Origin: Octopus sinensis
Taxonomy: Eukaryota
NCBI RefSeq assembly: GCF_006345805.1
Contig: NC_043000.1
Span: 156,302,001-156,366,000 of the forward strand
Length of the DNA: 64,000 nucleotides
Reading direction: 5' to 3'
Part shown: positions 46,252 to 59,141 of the stretch, piece after piece
Numbering within the stretch: position 1 is the stretch's first letter
How the letters are laid out: each line of letters begins with the position of its first letter
The notes under the pieces: generated by a model
Told to the model about the DNA's origin: nothing
The model's database searches: none
The model's input: the letters and a program-made list of their open reading frames with translations, nothing else
Made by a program: the position numbers and the translations under genes

Positions 46252-46898
46252 AAGAGAGCCTTACTTGATCTATTTAAAATAGCAACTAAATCTTCCACAA
46301 ATTTACACCCATCTTATAAAGGGATGGATACATTGGATAAGGCAGGTTAGATACTTTATCTTAATAAATGACTTATCTAGACTTAGGCTCTCTCTCATTG
46401 TGAAATACAGAAAACAGCAAGATTCTTCCTGCAGTCAACCTGCCACAATCTCTCCATTTCTGTTCAGCTGGTACTTTGCATTTAAAGTCTTCTTGGAATG
46501 ACCAGCACCAGGAACTTGTTGGTCTGATCTTTTCTCATTTTCCTTTTCCCAGTGTCCATGTTGTTGCAGTTTTTGCCTGTCTAGGGACTCTTACGAGCCA
46601 AATGTAATCTGCCAAGTGAGTCTGACTCAGCATGACCTCAGTGTCATAGAGGTCATATTTGTAGATGCAGGTCCTCCTCTGTCTGCCATTTAGCTTTTAA
46701 TGATTATATATCATCAGTTACATGTTATAAGATGTAACAGGGATGCACAATTTCCTGCTGTGTTCTGTTGTAGCAAGTGCTGGAGCAGTTGCTGTCTATG
46801 CTTACTGAGTATTTTGTTGTCTGGGTCCTGATCCTGGAGTACTAAACAGAATAGCTGGATACTAGTTATAGGAAATAATAGTGATAATATTTTTCAAT

Positions 46899-47392
46899 GT
46901 GGAGGTGCGTGGCTTAGTGGTTAGGGTATCAGCACCATGATTGTAACATTGTGGTTTCAATTCCTGGACAGGGGGACACGTGTTCTTGAGCAAAACACTT
47001 CATTTCACATTGCTCTGGTCCACTCAGCTGGCAAAAATGAGTAACGTTGTGATGGACTGGCGTCCCATCCAACTGGGGAACACATACGCCGTAGAAACTG
47101 GGAAACCGGGCCCATGAGCCTGGCTAGGTTTTAAAAGGGCGCATTTATTTGTGGAGGCGCGTGGCTTAGTTGTTAGGGTGTCAGCATCATGATCGTAAGA
47201 TTGTGGTTTCGATTCCTGGACTGGGCAACGCATTGTATTCTTGAGCAAAACACTTCATTTCACGTTGCTCCAGTCCACTCAGCTGGCAAAAATGAGTAAC
47301 GCTGCGATGGACTGGCATCCCGTCCAGCTGGGGAACACATACGCCATTGAAACCGGGCCCATGAACCTGGCTAGGCTTTAAAAGGTGCAATT
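46899..47392 (+). mobile_element. Two tandem copies of tRNA-derived SINE family E
   Basis: Heads GTGGAGG.GCGTGGCTTAGT at 46899 and 47151; shared core TTCTTGAGCAAAACACTT...CCACTCAGCTG; related minus copy at ~56830-57160. Confidence 0.8.
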
Positions 47393-47486
47393 ATTATTTA
47401 TTTTATTTAATATTTTTCAATACATACCTCAAATGATACCATGTGTTGATTCTTGGAATTCTTATTTTTATGCATAATTATACATA

Positions 47487-47622
47487 AAAAGCTCATTCAA
47501 TACAAAAGCTCATTCAATACAAAAGCTCATTCAATACAAAAGCTCATTCAATACAAAAGATCATTCAATACAAAAGCTCATTCAATACAAAAGCTCATTC
47601 AATACAAAAGATCATTCAATAC
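47487..47622. repeat. 17-bp minisatellite x8 (AAAAGCTCATTCAATAC)
   Basis: Direct reading; units 5 and 8 carry a C>A change. Confidence 0.95.
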
Positions 47623-48989
47623 ATATATTTTTAGAAGGGAAAAGTTGACAGTTACTTTGGAGTTTTGGCTATGTAACTTCCATTAGAATGTCCAATGGGG
47701 GCTACATAGCTAAAACTTCGAAGTTACTGTCAACCTTTTTCCCTTGTAAAATGAAATAAAGAATATCTATCTATATGTCTTTTATTTGCTTCAGTCATTG
47801 GACTGCGGCCTTGTTGGGGCAATGCTTTGAAGGGTTCAGTTGAACAAATTGACTTTAGTACTTAGTTCTTTTTGAAGTCTGGTTCTTATTCTGTTGGTTT
47901 CTTTTGCTGAACTGCTAAGTTACAGGAGTGTAAACTAACCAATGCGGGTTGCCAAGCAGTGGGGGAACAAACACTGGCACATGCATTTGCATGCGCACGC
48001 AGAGAGAGAGAGAGAGAGAGGCAACATCTTCCCTTTTAGTTTGCAACCTCAGTAGTGCTGGTGGCATGAAAAAAGACGCCAGTAATCACTATAAAGTGGT
48101 TAGAGTTAAGAAAGGCATCTGGCCATAGGAACCATGTCAGCAGACACTGAAGTATGATACAGTCCTTTGACTCTCATTGGATCCATGTCAAACCATACAA
48201 CCCATGTCAACTTGGAATGTGCTCATTAAATGCTGATGATGATCACACACATACATACACACACACACATGCATACACACAATGGGCTTCCACATAGTTT
48301 CCGTCTAATAAATTCACTTACAAGCCACTGGTTGGTCCAAGATGTTACCCAGTGGAACTGGTCCTAGAGCCACGTTGTGAAGTGAGCTGCTTAACTACAC
48401 TGCCATGCTCTTGGCGAGCAGTAACTTAATATATAAACTGGTAAAGTGTGGAAAGGACACTTTATTCTTAAGCAGACAACTACTCTAATGACATGATCAA
48501 GATGCTGATGATAGGAAGCATGTCTAATGTAAGAGCCCTACTGTAAATAGGGAACCCTCAAAGATTAAAGGAATTATTACTTGAAGCATTTGGCAAGAGG
48601 GAAAAGAAGACAGATTTCATCATCATCATCGTTTAACGTCCGTTTTCCGCGCTAGCATGGGTTGGACGGTTCGACCGGGGTCTGGGAAGCCAGGGGCTGC
48701 ACCAGGCTCCAGTCTGATCTGGCAGTGTTTCTACAGCTGGATGCCCTTCCTAACGCCAACCACTCTGCGAGTGTAGTGGGTGCTTTTTATGTGCCACCTG
48801 CACAGGTGCCAGGGGGATCTGGCATCGGCCACGATTGGTTGGTGCTTTTAACGTGTCACCGGCACGGGACGTGCCACAAGTTGAGTGTTTCTATGAGACA
48901 ACATGCTGAAGTTCATAACCCAAATATATTTTTGGAGCAGAGCGAAAGAAAGGAGACGGCAAAGAGAAACATCAAATAGTAAGTAGATG

Positions 48990-49900
48990 ATGGGGACACT
49001 TAAAAAAGAAAGAAGAAATTTGCATGTTCTACAGCCTGAGGATCAAAGAGAAGATATGTTCAGAATAGGAAGACAGTGTACTTGAGAGAATTGTGATGTC
49101 ATCATGGAGAAGTGTATTTGGCATGAAAACAGTGCACATGCTCTCAATGATGTTGAAAAGAAAAAGGTATTGGAGTATTACTATGAGAGGTTGCTGGATG
49201 TGGAGAATGCATGGGTGGGAGAGAAAGGGAGTACACCAAGTAGATACACATTAGAGAAACCAGCCATCCTAGTTGACAGCAGTATGGTAGATAGGGTGAT
49301 TAAGGAATGAAGCCAGGAAAAGCAGCTGGCCCCTTGGGGATACTTCCTGAGATGCTGCAAATATTTGGTGTAGGCGCAGGAGTGGCTGTGTGATAAGTAG
49401 CTTGCTAACCAACCACATGGTTCCGGGTTCAGTCCCACTGCGTGACACATCGGGCAAGTGTCTTCTGCTATAGCCCCGGGCCGACTAATGCCTTGTGAGT
49501 GGATTTGGTAGACGGAAACTGAAAGAAGCCCGTCGTATATGTGTATATATATATATATGTGTGTGTGTATGTGCATGTGTTTGTGTTTGTGTGTGTGTGT
49601 TTGTCCCCCTAGCATTGCTTGACAACCAATGCTGGTGTGTTTATGTCCCCGTCACTTAGAGGTTTGGCAAAAGAGACCGATAGAATAAGTACTGGGCTTA
49701 CAAAGAATAAGTCCCGGGGTCGAGTTGCTCGATTAAAGGCGGTGCTCCAGCATGGCCGCAGTCAAATGACTGAAACAAGTAAAAGAGTAAAGAGTAGGAC
49801 ATAGATTAAATTTGAATTGTTAAACAGGTAATACAATAAGGAATCATACCTAATGATTGACATAGCTGCAGCATCATTATTTACTGTTAGAAAGTAGTTT
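48990..49900 (+). mobile_element. Degenerate RTE-clade LINE ORF fragment split by SINE A (~49372-49795)
   Basis: YYERLLDVENAW...VDRVIKE.KPGKAAGP.G..PEML, continuing to IPND after the SINE. Confidence 0.7.
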
Positions 49901-50741
49901 GAACACAACAAGGGTGAGGAAAAAAGGAGGAGAGATGAGTGAGTTGGGAGTGCCTAGGTTGCTTTGATTTGAAACAGCTATTTACGAAGAACAGAGGTCA
50001 TTGTGGTACTGGCAGAAAATGCAGAGAGAGGAGAGTACATTTATGGGCTGGAAGCTGGAGCATATATATACTCTTTTACTCTTTTACTTGTTTCAGTCAT
50101 TTGACTGCGGCCATGCTGGAGCACCGCCTTTAGTCGAGCAACTTGACCCCGGGACTTATTCTTTTGTAAGCCCAGTACTTATTCTATCGGTCTCTTTTGC
50201 TGAACCGCTAGGTAACGGGGACATAAACACACCAGCATCGGTTGTCAAGCAATGCTAGAAGGACAAACACAGACACACACACACACAAACATGCATATAT
50301 ATATATATACGACGGGCTTCTTTCAGTTTCCGTCTACCAAATCCACTCACAAGGCATTGGTTGGCCTGATAAGAAGCTACTAATTCAAGAGATGAAAGAT
50401 GGATGGTGCCTGCAAATGGGAAATTAGCATGGGTGAAAGCTTTGCTGTGATGTCTACACATCAATATTGCTCTCACCAAATTTCTTTCAAGCAAGAGCTC
50501 TCTAGTGAGTGACATAGGAGAGGTTTGTAACGAATCCAGAGATTTTAACCTAATCATAATTATGCATATTTCTAATGACCTGCATCATCTTTGTGTTTCA
50601 AAGAATTTGGGAGCAATTTAGTAACATATGAGATTTTTTCATTATAGAAATGATGTTTGGAACAACAACAATTTCTTATATAAAGTTATGAAGGTTTTCG
50701 ATTTCAACATCACTTTGAAACATGTGGTTTGCTTTGTAAAA

Positions 50742-50972
50742 GGCGGCGAGCTGGCAGAATCGTTAGCACGCCGGGCGAAATGCTTAGCGGTATTTCGTCT
50801 GCCGTTACGTTCTAAGTTCAAATTCTGCCGAGGTCGACTTTGCCTTTCATCCTTTCGGGGTTGTTTAAATAAGTACCAGTTACGCACTGGGGTTGATATA
50901 ATCGACTTGATCTGTTTGTCTGACCTTGTTTGTCCTCTCTGTGTTTAGCCCCTTGTGGGTAGTAAAGAAATA
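50742..50972 (+). mobile_element. SINE family B
   Basis: 16-bp TSD GGTTTGCTTTGTAAAA. Confidence 0.9.
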
Positions 50973-51394
50973 GGTTTGCTTTGTAAAATAAAAGTGAATT
51001 GTTATTGAAAGTGAAAAATGTATGCTGTGAGTAGGGAAAACATCTTTTCATTTTAGAATGGAGTTTTCATCATACCCTAAAAACCACACTACAAAGTCAG
51101 TAAAAGAAGAGGCAATAATGTATGGTGTTGAAGCAAAATCCATAGTTTTAAGGGAGAATGAAGTCAGTAAATGCAGGGCAAATGCTTGTGCAATTTACCT
51201 GCTGTTACTGAAATGAATCTAAAGACTATCTCTGAAATTGTCTCATACAGGATTATAACAGTGGTTAACATAACTTTGAAACCCTGCATTACAAACTAAT
51301 GTTCCAAATTCAAATTTAGCTGGAAGATATATCTATGTGAGAAAATAGAATTATAGTCTGAAAATGCCCGATTGCTATGATTGTAATTATTGCC

Positions 51395-51800
51395 TTTCTC
51401 TTTTACTCTCTCTTTTACTTGTTTCAGTCATTTGACTGCGGCCATGCTGGAGCACCGCCTTTAGTCGAGCAAATCGACTCCGGGACTTATTCTTTGTAAG
51501 CCCAGTACTTATTCTATCGGTCTCTTTTGCCGAACCGCTAAGTGACGGGGACGTAAACACGCCAGCATCGGGGGACAAACACAGACACACAAACATATAC
51601 ACACACATACATATATATATATATATACATATATACGACAGGCTTCTTTCAGTTTCCGTCTACCAAATCCACTCACAAGGCATTGGTCAGCCCAAGGCTA
51701 TAGCAGAAGACACTTGCCCAAGATGCCACGCAGTGGGACTGAACCCAGAACCATGTGGTTGGTAAGCAAGCTACCTACCACACAGCCACACCTTGCGCCT
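51395..51800 (-). mobile_element. SINE family A
   Basis: Near full-length copy. Confidence 0.82.
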
Positions 51801-51988
51801 TGTACAACATAAAATAATTAATTTGAGATATTATTGCAAATTGTATATAATTTATCACAGGCATGATTCCTACAGATCAGACTCACCAATACTTGTATTC
51901 ATTTAATTTTTTTTTATTTAAATTTTCAAGGTTTCATTGTTCCCCTTGACCCAGGTTTACACATTATAGCTAATGATTTTATTTTTCA

Positions 51989-52381
51989 CTAGCAGTATCG
52001 CTTGGGTTTGTAAGGGAAATAACTATATAAGCATTTTTAGAGATGTAAAGTATAATAGCCATCTCAATATGGCTAACCACAAAGGAAGGGGGGGGGGGTT
52101 ACTGTAGCTTTTTACGTTCTGAGATTTAATAATAAATTTTTAGAGAGTTACTTCCCTTATATATGCCAAAAATGCATTAAAAATGGGAAAAATTGATGGT
52201 AAATTTTTTTTTTAAATTGTAGACTCATTGTAGACACGCGCTTATACCCAGAAGGGCTCGATATGAATCACGACTATAAGATACCCGGTTTTGGTTAAAC
52301 TGCACCGCAAAATGTGGGAGTAGTTAGGAATCTAAATCGTTGGAGACAGACAGCACACAACCTCACTTTTATATATAAAGA
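51989..52381 (-). mobile_element. Non-autonomous Helitron (3' hairpin partly deleted)
   Basis: Reverse complement of the 30891-31284 family; A|CTAG and AAAGA|T ends. Confidence 0.85.
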
Positions 52382-53034
52382 TTACAAGTTTAAATTATTA
52401 AATTTTCTGTTTTTCTGGTTCATCCCATTGTGTTAGACTAAATTTAAACTTGATAATGCAACTGCAGATTTTGATTCATCTAAAGCTGCATAAAAACCAA
52501 ACTGGGTAAAATTGATGATGCTTTGGTTGTCAAGATCTCTTTAGGATGTTATAACTCTAAAATTTTGAATTGTTTTGCAAGTGTTTTGATCTGAAACTGT
52601 GTTGAAATCAATATTGCTATATATTAGGAGAGCCATTCTAAGAAAACCTATAAATTCACACACTAGTTGATATTCATGTATATTTTGGGAAATATAAATG
52701 AAAAATAGCTTAGAGTTAACCTAGCAAAGACCAAAGTTAGCAAGAAAGTGGATAAGACTCTTTTTTTTTTGTCAGGTAAGTGACTCTATATAGAAAAGGT
52801 GTCAGAAGGATTTCCATTCAATGCAGCCAGTGCAAGCTACGGATACATAAGAGGTGTAGTGGAATTACAGGTAGGTTAATTGATGCACAGGAACAATAAA
52901 CACTAAGGACACAAGAATTTTATTTTCTCAAATGCCCAGGAGGCACCCTAGAATTTGTACAGTGTTTATTGCCCAGGTGACCCAATTAGCAGTGGAGAGG
53001 GATGTTCTGAGAGTATAGTTGCTTGGAATAAAAA

Positions 53035-53437
53035 TAGGAGTGGCTGTGTGGTAAGTAGCTTGCTTACCAACCACATGGCTTCGGGTTCAGTCCCACTGTG
53101 TGGCACCTTGGGCAAGTGTCTTCTACTATAGCCACGGGCCGACCAAAACCTTGTTAATGGATTTGGTAGACAGAAACACTGAAAGAAGCCTGTTGTAATT
53201 ATGTATATATATGTGTGTGTGTGTGTTTGTGTCTCTGTGTTTGCCCCCCCCCACCTCAACATTGCTTGACAACCGATGCTGGTGTGTTTACGTCCCCGTA
53301 ACTTAGTGGTTCGGCAAAAGAGATCGATAGAATAAGTACTAGGCTTACAAAGAATAAGTCCTGGTGTCGATTTGCTCGACTAAAGGTGGTGCTCCAGCAT
53401 GGCCTCAGTCAAATGACTGAAACAAGTAAAAGAGTAA
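53035..53437 (+). mobile_element. SINE family A
   Basis: Near full-length copy. Confidence 0.82.
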
Positions 53438-53639
53438 AGTCTGGATCGCTATTACCTCTGCTGGCAACAAAAGGCCTCTCAGAGTGAAAAGCAGATTGTA
53501 TGAACTGCTTTGCACAATGATAGTGAGACTCAGGCTCTGAATACAGAGGATATGTGAAGACAGGAGAGAAATGAAGTTATTATTCTCTAATGGATGTGCA
53601 ACATCAGTGTGTTTGCTTGACAAAGTTGGAGTACGGATT

Positions 53640-54170
53640 CAAGCTTGACAAAGTTGGAGTACGGGATTCAAGCCTCTTCTCCTTATCTCCTCAAAGACAT
53701 ACAGCATCTCGAAAGAGTCCAGAAGCTGGCTACCCACATGGTTCATGGTCTCAAGAATTTGTCTTATGAAGAAAGGCTGAAGATGCTCGACCTTTATTCT
53801 CTAGAAAAATGCCGCCGCCGTGGTGATCTCATTCTCACTCACAACATCATAAGCGGAAAGTGTAACCTCTCGAAGGAGCTGTTCTTCACTCCTGCTCCAG
53901 AGCGTCAGCTGCGGGGTCATTCCGAAAAGCTCTATCTGCGATGATTTCATCTCAATCGAAGGAGAGGAGCTTTCTCCGTCCGGGTTGCGGATCCGTGGAA
54001 CAAGCTGCCAGACGAGATGGTGAAGATGCTGACAACTGCTTTGTTCAAAGTCTCCCTAGACTTCAAGTGGCCTGAACTCTTTACATGAACACCACCCTGT
54101 ACATAACTCCATGTCCCCCTACATGGCCTTGCTTTTTGCTTTTGAGCCAAAAAATTAACAAACTAACAAA
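53640..54170 (+). mobile_element. CR1/L2-group LINE 3' fragment
   Basis: KLEYGIQASSPYLLKDIQHLERVQKLAT...LSYEERLKMLDLYSLEKCRRRGDLI...RGHSEKL; ~28-bp duplication at the 5' junction. Confidence 0.88.
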
Positions 54171-56039
54171 GTGCAAATATGTTGAGAGAAAAGTTAGGCA
54201 TAAGAGGAACCAGATATAGCATGAAAAAGAAAAGACTGATGATTGGGTGATGTGGTATGTATAAATGAGGACAGATGTGTAAAGAAGTGCTGGTCACTTA
54301 AAGTGGATGTAACCTGCAGAAGAGGGAGACCCAAGAAGACATGGGATGTAGTACTGAGGGCTGATCTCAAGATGTTGAGCCTCACAGTGTTGACAATTGG
54401 CTGAGATGTCTGGTGATATGAGGTTCTTGAGAGGACCCAACCTACCTCATAAAACTGAATTCTGGAAGCATTTTATTATGTGTTCCCACTCATACATTAC
54501 ATTAATTACTTCCCCGCTCCCTTAATGAACTGAACTACATCTCATCATGCACCATGTTTGTCTCCCTCCCCACTGCCCCTGTGACCCAAAGCCACTTTGT
54601 CATCTCTCGATCGTGTCCTGCCACAGCCAACTGTGACCTTGTTGTCCTGCTTCTCCCCTATATACTTGTGTTCACCACTCACTTTCTCCTCCCCCCTCTC
54701 TCCCTTTTTGCACACTTTTGAACTTCTTACTCACTCACCGTGTTCAATCCTCGATACCACTCCACTTACATTCACCCCCACTGTACCATCAACTCTCTCT
54801 GACTGGAGGTTGAGGTAGCCATGTATCTCTTCTATAACAAGAAATCTGTTTCTGTCCCTCTATCATAGTTTAACCTCTCATCTCTTGGCACAAAGCCACC
54901 TCCCCCAATACCAATTTCCCTGTCAGTCAAAAGGCAAGTTACTTGGTTGCCTCATCGGTGCTTGTGCCATGTAAAATGCACCAAATACACTCTGTAAAGT
55001 GATTAGCCATCTACTCGCAATACCAGAGGGCGCACACTCTCCTACCCTGATGTAATCTCCAGGGATACAGGCATCCAGCAACAGGACCTCTGTAATGCCA
55101 TGATGGCCGTGAAGTCTGGCGTAGCATGGTAAATTCCATTGTTTCGACCACGGTTGAACAATGATGATGATGATGAGCATTTTAAAGGGCATCCAGCTGT
55201 AGAAGCCATACCAAAGGTGACAGTAGAGCTAGGTGTAGTCCTCTGGCTAATTAGCTCCTGTCAAACCATCCAACCTATGCTAACATGGATAACAGATGTT
55301 GAGTGATGATAATGGTAATATATATATATTATCATCATCATCATTTAACGTCCATTTTCCATGCTAGTATGGGTTGGACGGTTCGACTGGGGTCTGGGAA
55401 GCCAGGCTCCAATCTGATCTGGCAGTGTTTCTACAGCTGGATGCCCTTTGTAACGCCAACCACTCCGTGAGTGTAGTGGGTGCTTTTTACATGCCACCAG
55501 CACAGGGGCCAGAGGAGGCTGGCAACGGTCACGATCGGTTGGTGCTTTTTATGTGCCACCGGCACCAACGCCAGTCAAGGCTGTACTGGCATCATCATTG
55601 TTTTAATATCCACTTTTCCATGCTTGCATGGGTTGTATAGAGGTAACTGAGGCAGATTGTCTATGCCCTGATGTTTTTCCTGTTGCTAACTCTCATCTGT
55701 TTCCGAGCAAAGTATTTTCCCATGGCCAGACATGCTTTTGCAGAATATTGGAAATGAATAACACTGCATGTATGTCAGTGTCTCTCATTTACAGCTATCA
55801 TGCGATGTCAAGACATGGAGACACAAATATATGCATACAGTCACACACATGTAGGACTGGCTTTTTTCAGTTTCTCTCTACCAGATCCACTCACAAGAAT
55901 TTGGTCCATCTGGGGCCATAGCAGAAGGCACTTGCTCAGTGTACCATGCAGTGTAACTGAACCCGTATGCATGTGCTTGAGAATCAAACCTCTTAACCAC
56001 ACAGTCATCAATATATGTGCATCATCTAGAAACCGTTCA

Positions 56040-56578
56040 GTGATGTGCAACCAAGAGAATACCCTCCATCAGGCATCTACCATATTCTGAATACCTTACT
56101 TCCCTGGGCATGGATATATTGAAACCCCGATGTCTGGCAGCTGACTTGGCAGACACCCATAGAATTATTAACCATCTTACTAACAATAACTCTGAGCACC
56201 TTTTCAAATTCCACCTGTCTAACACTCATGGACATGTTTACAAAGTCAGAAAACAGCACAGCTCTCATGATTTTCGGAAACATTTTTTTATGCTAAGAGT
56301 TGCTGAAGCATGGAACAAACTGCTGGCATCAGTTGTTAGTTGTCGGAGCACTGCATCCCTCAAAACTTCCATGCTTCCTGAGATTTGCCAACACTACACC
56401 TGATTTTTCCCCCCTCCATACACACGCAAGCATATATCTGACTCATACACTGTTCACTTCCCAGACATTTGTACATTACTGCATATGCTTTATGCGCACT
56501 TTTGACAAGTTGTGGTGCACCTGAGCACTGTATACAATAATTTCATTATTATTGTTATTATTATTATTATTATTATTA
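56040..56578 (+). mobile_element. CR1/L2-group LINE 3' fragment (family of 24348)
   Basis: ORF 56110-56403 homologous to 24504-25067; (ATT)n tail. Confidence 0.88.
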
Positions 56579-57373
56579 TATATAGAACTACATTGCCATG
56601 CTTGAGAAAAGGATTTCTTACATGGAACAGGGTTAGAAACTTGGAGAAAGGTAACAATTGATTATACTAACCGCCAGTTCTTCACTGGTACTGTTTTGAC
56701 CATGGAAAGATTCTGGCAGGATTTCAACTCAGAACATAAAGGGCTATAACTAAATACTATGAGTTTGTTTTGGTTGATGCTCTAATGACTACGTTGCCAA
56801 TCCATTGCAATAACAAAAGCAACGTAAAGATCCCCTTCAATCATGAATGACCATGGGATTGTACCTAGAAAGTTCCCCTCCAAGGCACATGTCTGGGCAA
56901 GGTTTATGGAAGACCAGCAGTTGCCCATGCATACCAGCCTCCCCTCTCCATGCGACCGATGTTATCCAAGGGAAAGGTAAAGGCTGATACAGCTTGGCAC
57001 CTGTGACATCACAACTCGTTTCTACAGCTGAGTGAAATGGAGCAACATGAAATAAAGTGTCTTGCTCAAGAACACAACACGCAGTCTGGTCCAGGAATTG
57101 AACTCACTACCTCATGATTGTGAGCCTGGCACCCAAACCACTGAGCCATGTGCATTCACAACTAACAAACAAACAAAAGCAATAGCAACAACAATAACAG
57201 TCAACAAAGAAGCTACCACTCAGTCACTTAATCTGGTAGAAATAGCAACCAGCTTTCCCTCAAATGACTTGACATTCTACTTTGATTTCTAGATCTCCTT
57301 AACTAGAACTGACTGAGGGTTAAAAAAACAATAACATCAACAACCAACGGGACAGTGGTAATATAAAAGAAAA

Positions 57374-57604
57374 GGCGGCGAGATGACAGAAACGTTAGCA
57401 CGCCGGGCGAAATGCTTAACGGTATTTCGTCTGCCGCTACGTTCGGAGTTCAAATTCCGCCGAGGTCGACTTTGCCTTTCATCCTTTCAGGGTCGATAAA
57501 TTAAGTACCAGTTACGCACTGGGGTCGATATAATCGACTTAATACCTATGTCTGTCCTTGTTTGTCCTCTCTGTGTTTAGTCCCTTGTGGGTAGTAAAGA
57601 AATA
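57374..57604 (+). mobile_element. SINE family B
   Basis: 17-bp TSD GGTAATATAAAAGAAAA. Confidence 0.9.
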
Positions 57605-57834
57605 GGTAATATAAAAGAAAACAAACAAACAACTGTATATATATATATATATATATATGAAATGCATGAAATAAATAAAAACAACATTTTTATAGGTTGA
57701 AAAAAGTGATTTTAATTTAAAGTTTTGGAACAAAGTATGTTTAAGAAAACAGGAAAAAAAAAACAATCCAGAAAAAAAAAACAAAAACAAAAAACAATCT
57801 CCTTTCAAGGATCATTATTCACTTGTGAATGATA

Positions 57835-57892
<58 letters not shown>

Positions 57893-58339
57893 TATATACA
57901 TATCATAATTTTTAAAATTTAGATTTTCATTTATATATATTGATATTTTTTGTAAAGTTTATTTTTATCATTTGTATTTTATTAATTTCTTTCATGGCTG
58001 AGGAACTGTCAATTGTTTCCATAATTAATCTGTTTTTTTTTGTTTTTAAAAAAATAATAGTAAAACACTAAGTAAATATGAAAATAACGTGAAAAAAAAA
58101 TACTTAATTGACTGTGGTCACTTCTTTTACTGGACATTTTTCTTTTGAGAAAAGATTTCTGTACATTTCTCACACATGCACGCACACTCACACACACACG
58201 CACATACACACACACACTGGTATGTATGTTTGTGTGTATGCATATATACAAAATTTGATCACATCAACAAAACTAGACTACATAAGCAGAGTGAAATATA
58301 TATATATATATGCTTGTATGTATGTAGACATACAAGATA

Positions 58340-58375
<36 letters not shown>

Positions 58376-58395
58376 GCTTGTATGTATGTAGACAT

Positions 58396-58454
<59 letters not shown>

Positions 58455-58940
58455 TTGTATGTATGTAGACATACAAGATAATATAATTTGTTAGAGAAAA
58501 TATACTGTGACTCTGAGTTTCATGTTTAACTAAACATTTCAACAATCACCAGACATATGCACCTAAACTGACAATTTTAGAATATCGAGAACAATCAAGC
58601 AAGCCACCAGTCGATTTTGGTAACTGACAGGAAGTCTTGTATATCATTTTCAATATTCCAAAATTGGAATCAGTTGTTTTTTTCTTTTTATCGCTCAATT
58701 GCTTAATTAAGCGTAATATTCAAAGTTGCAATGTATTTTCAAAAACAGATGGTATTACCTTAAATGTACATGTATATTTGTGTATGTATGTATTAATGCT
58801 TATATTTTTATATATACATATATATATACATATATATATGTGTGTATGCATGTATATATATATGTCTGTACATATACATATATTTATAAACACACACACA
58901 TACGCATATATATGCATCAATATATATATATATATATATA

Positions 58941-59037
58941 TCCTTGTCTTTCCTGATGAGAAGACGGCATAATGCACCCTTTATTCCTTCGGAATTAAGA
59001 GTATGCAGTCTTCGAAACATGTGTTGAGAGTAAAGGA
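58941..59037 (+). ncRNA. Type I hammerhead ribozyme motif with an intact core, in a ~135-bp unit between (TA)n tracts
   Basis: Stem I CTTTC/GAGAG, CTGATGA 58953-58959, stem II GAAGAC/GTCTTC, GAAA 59014-59017, stem III ACA/TGT, GUU triplet 59023-59025. Confidence 0.75.
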
Positions 59038-59072
59038 ATTTTGTTAAAATCTTCGTTCGACTCCATTCTTTC

Positions 59073-59141
<69 letters not shown>

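Noticed and set aside
47487-47622. 17-bp repeat array as a possible CRISPR
   Set aside because: No spacers, no cas genes and a eukaryotic context; it is a simple minisatellite.
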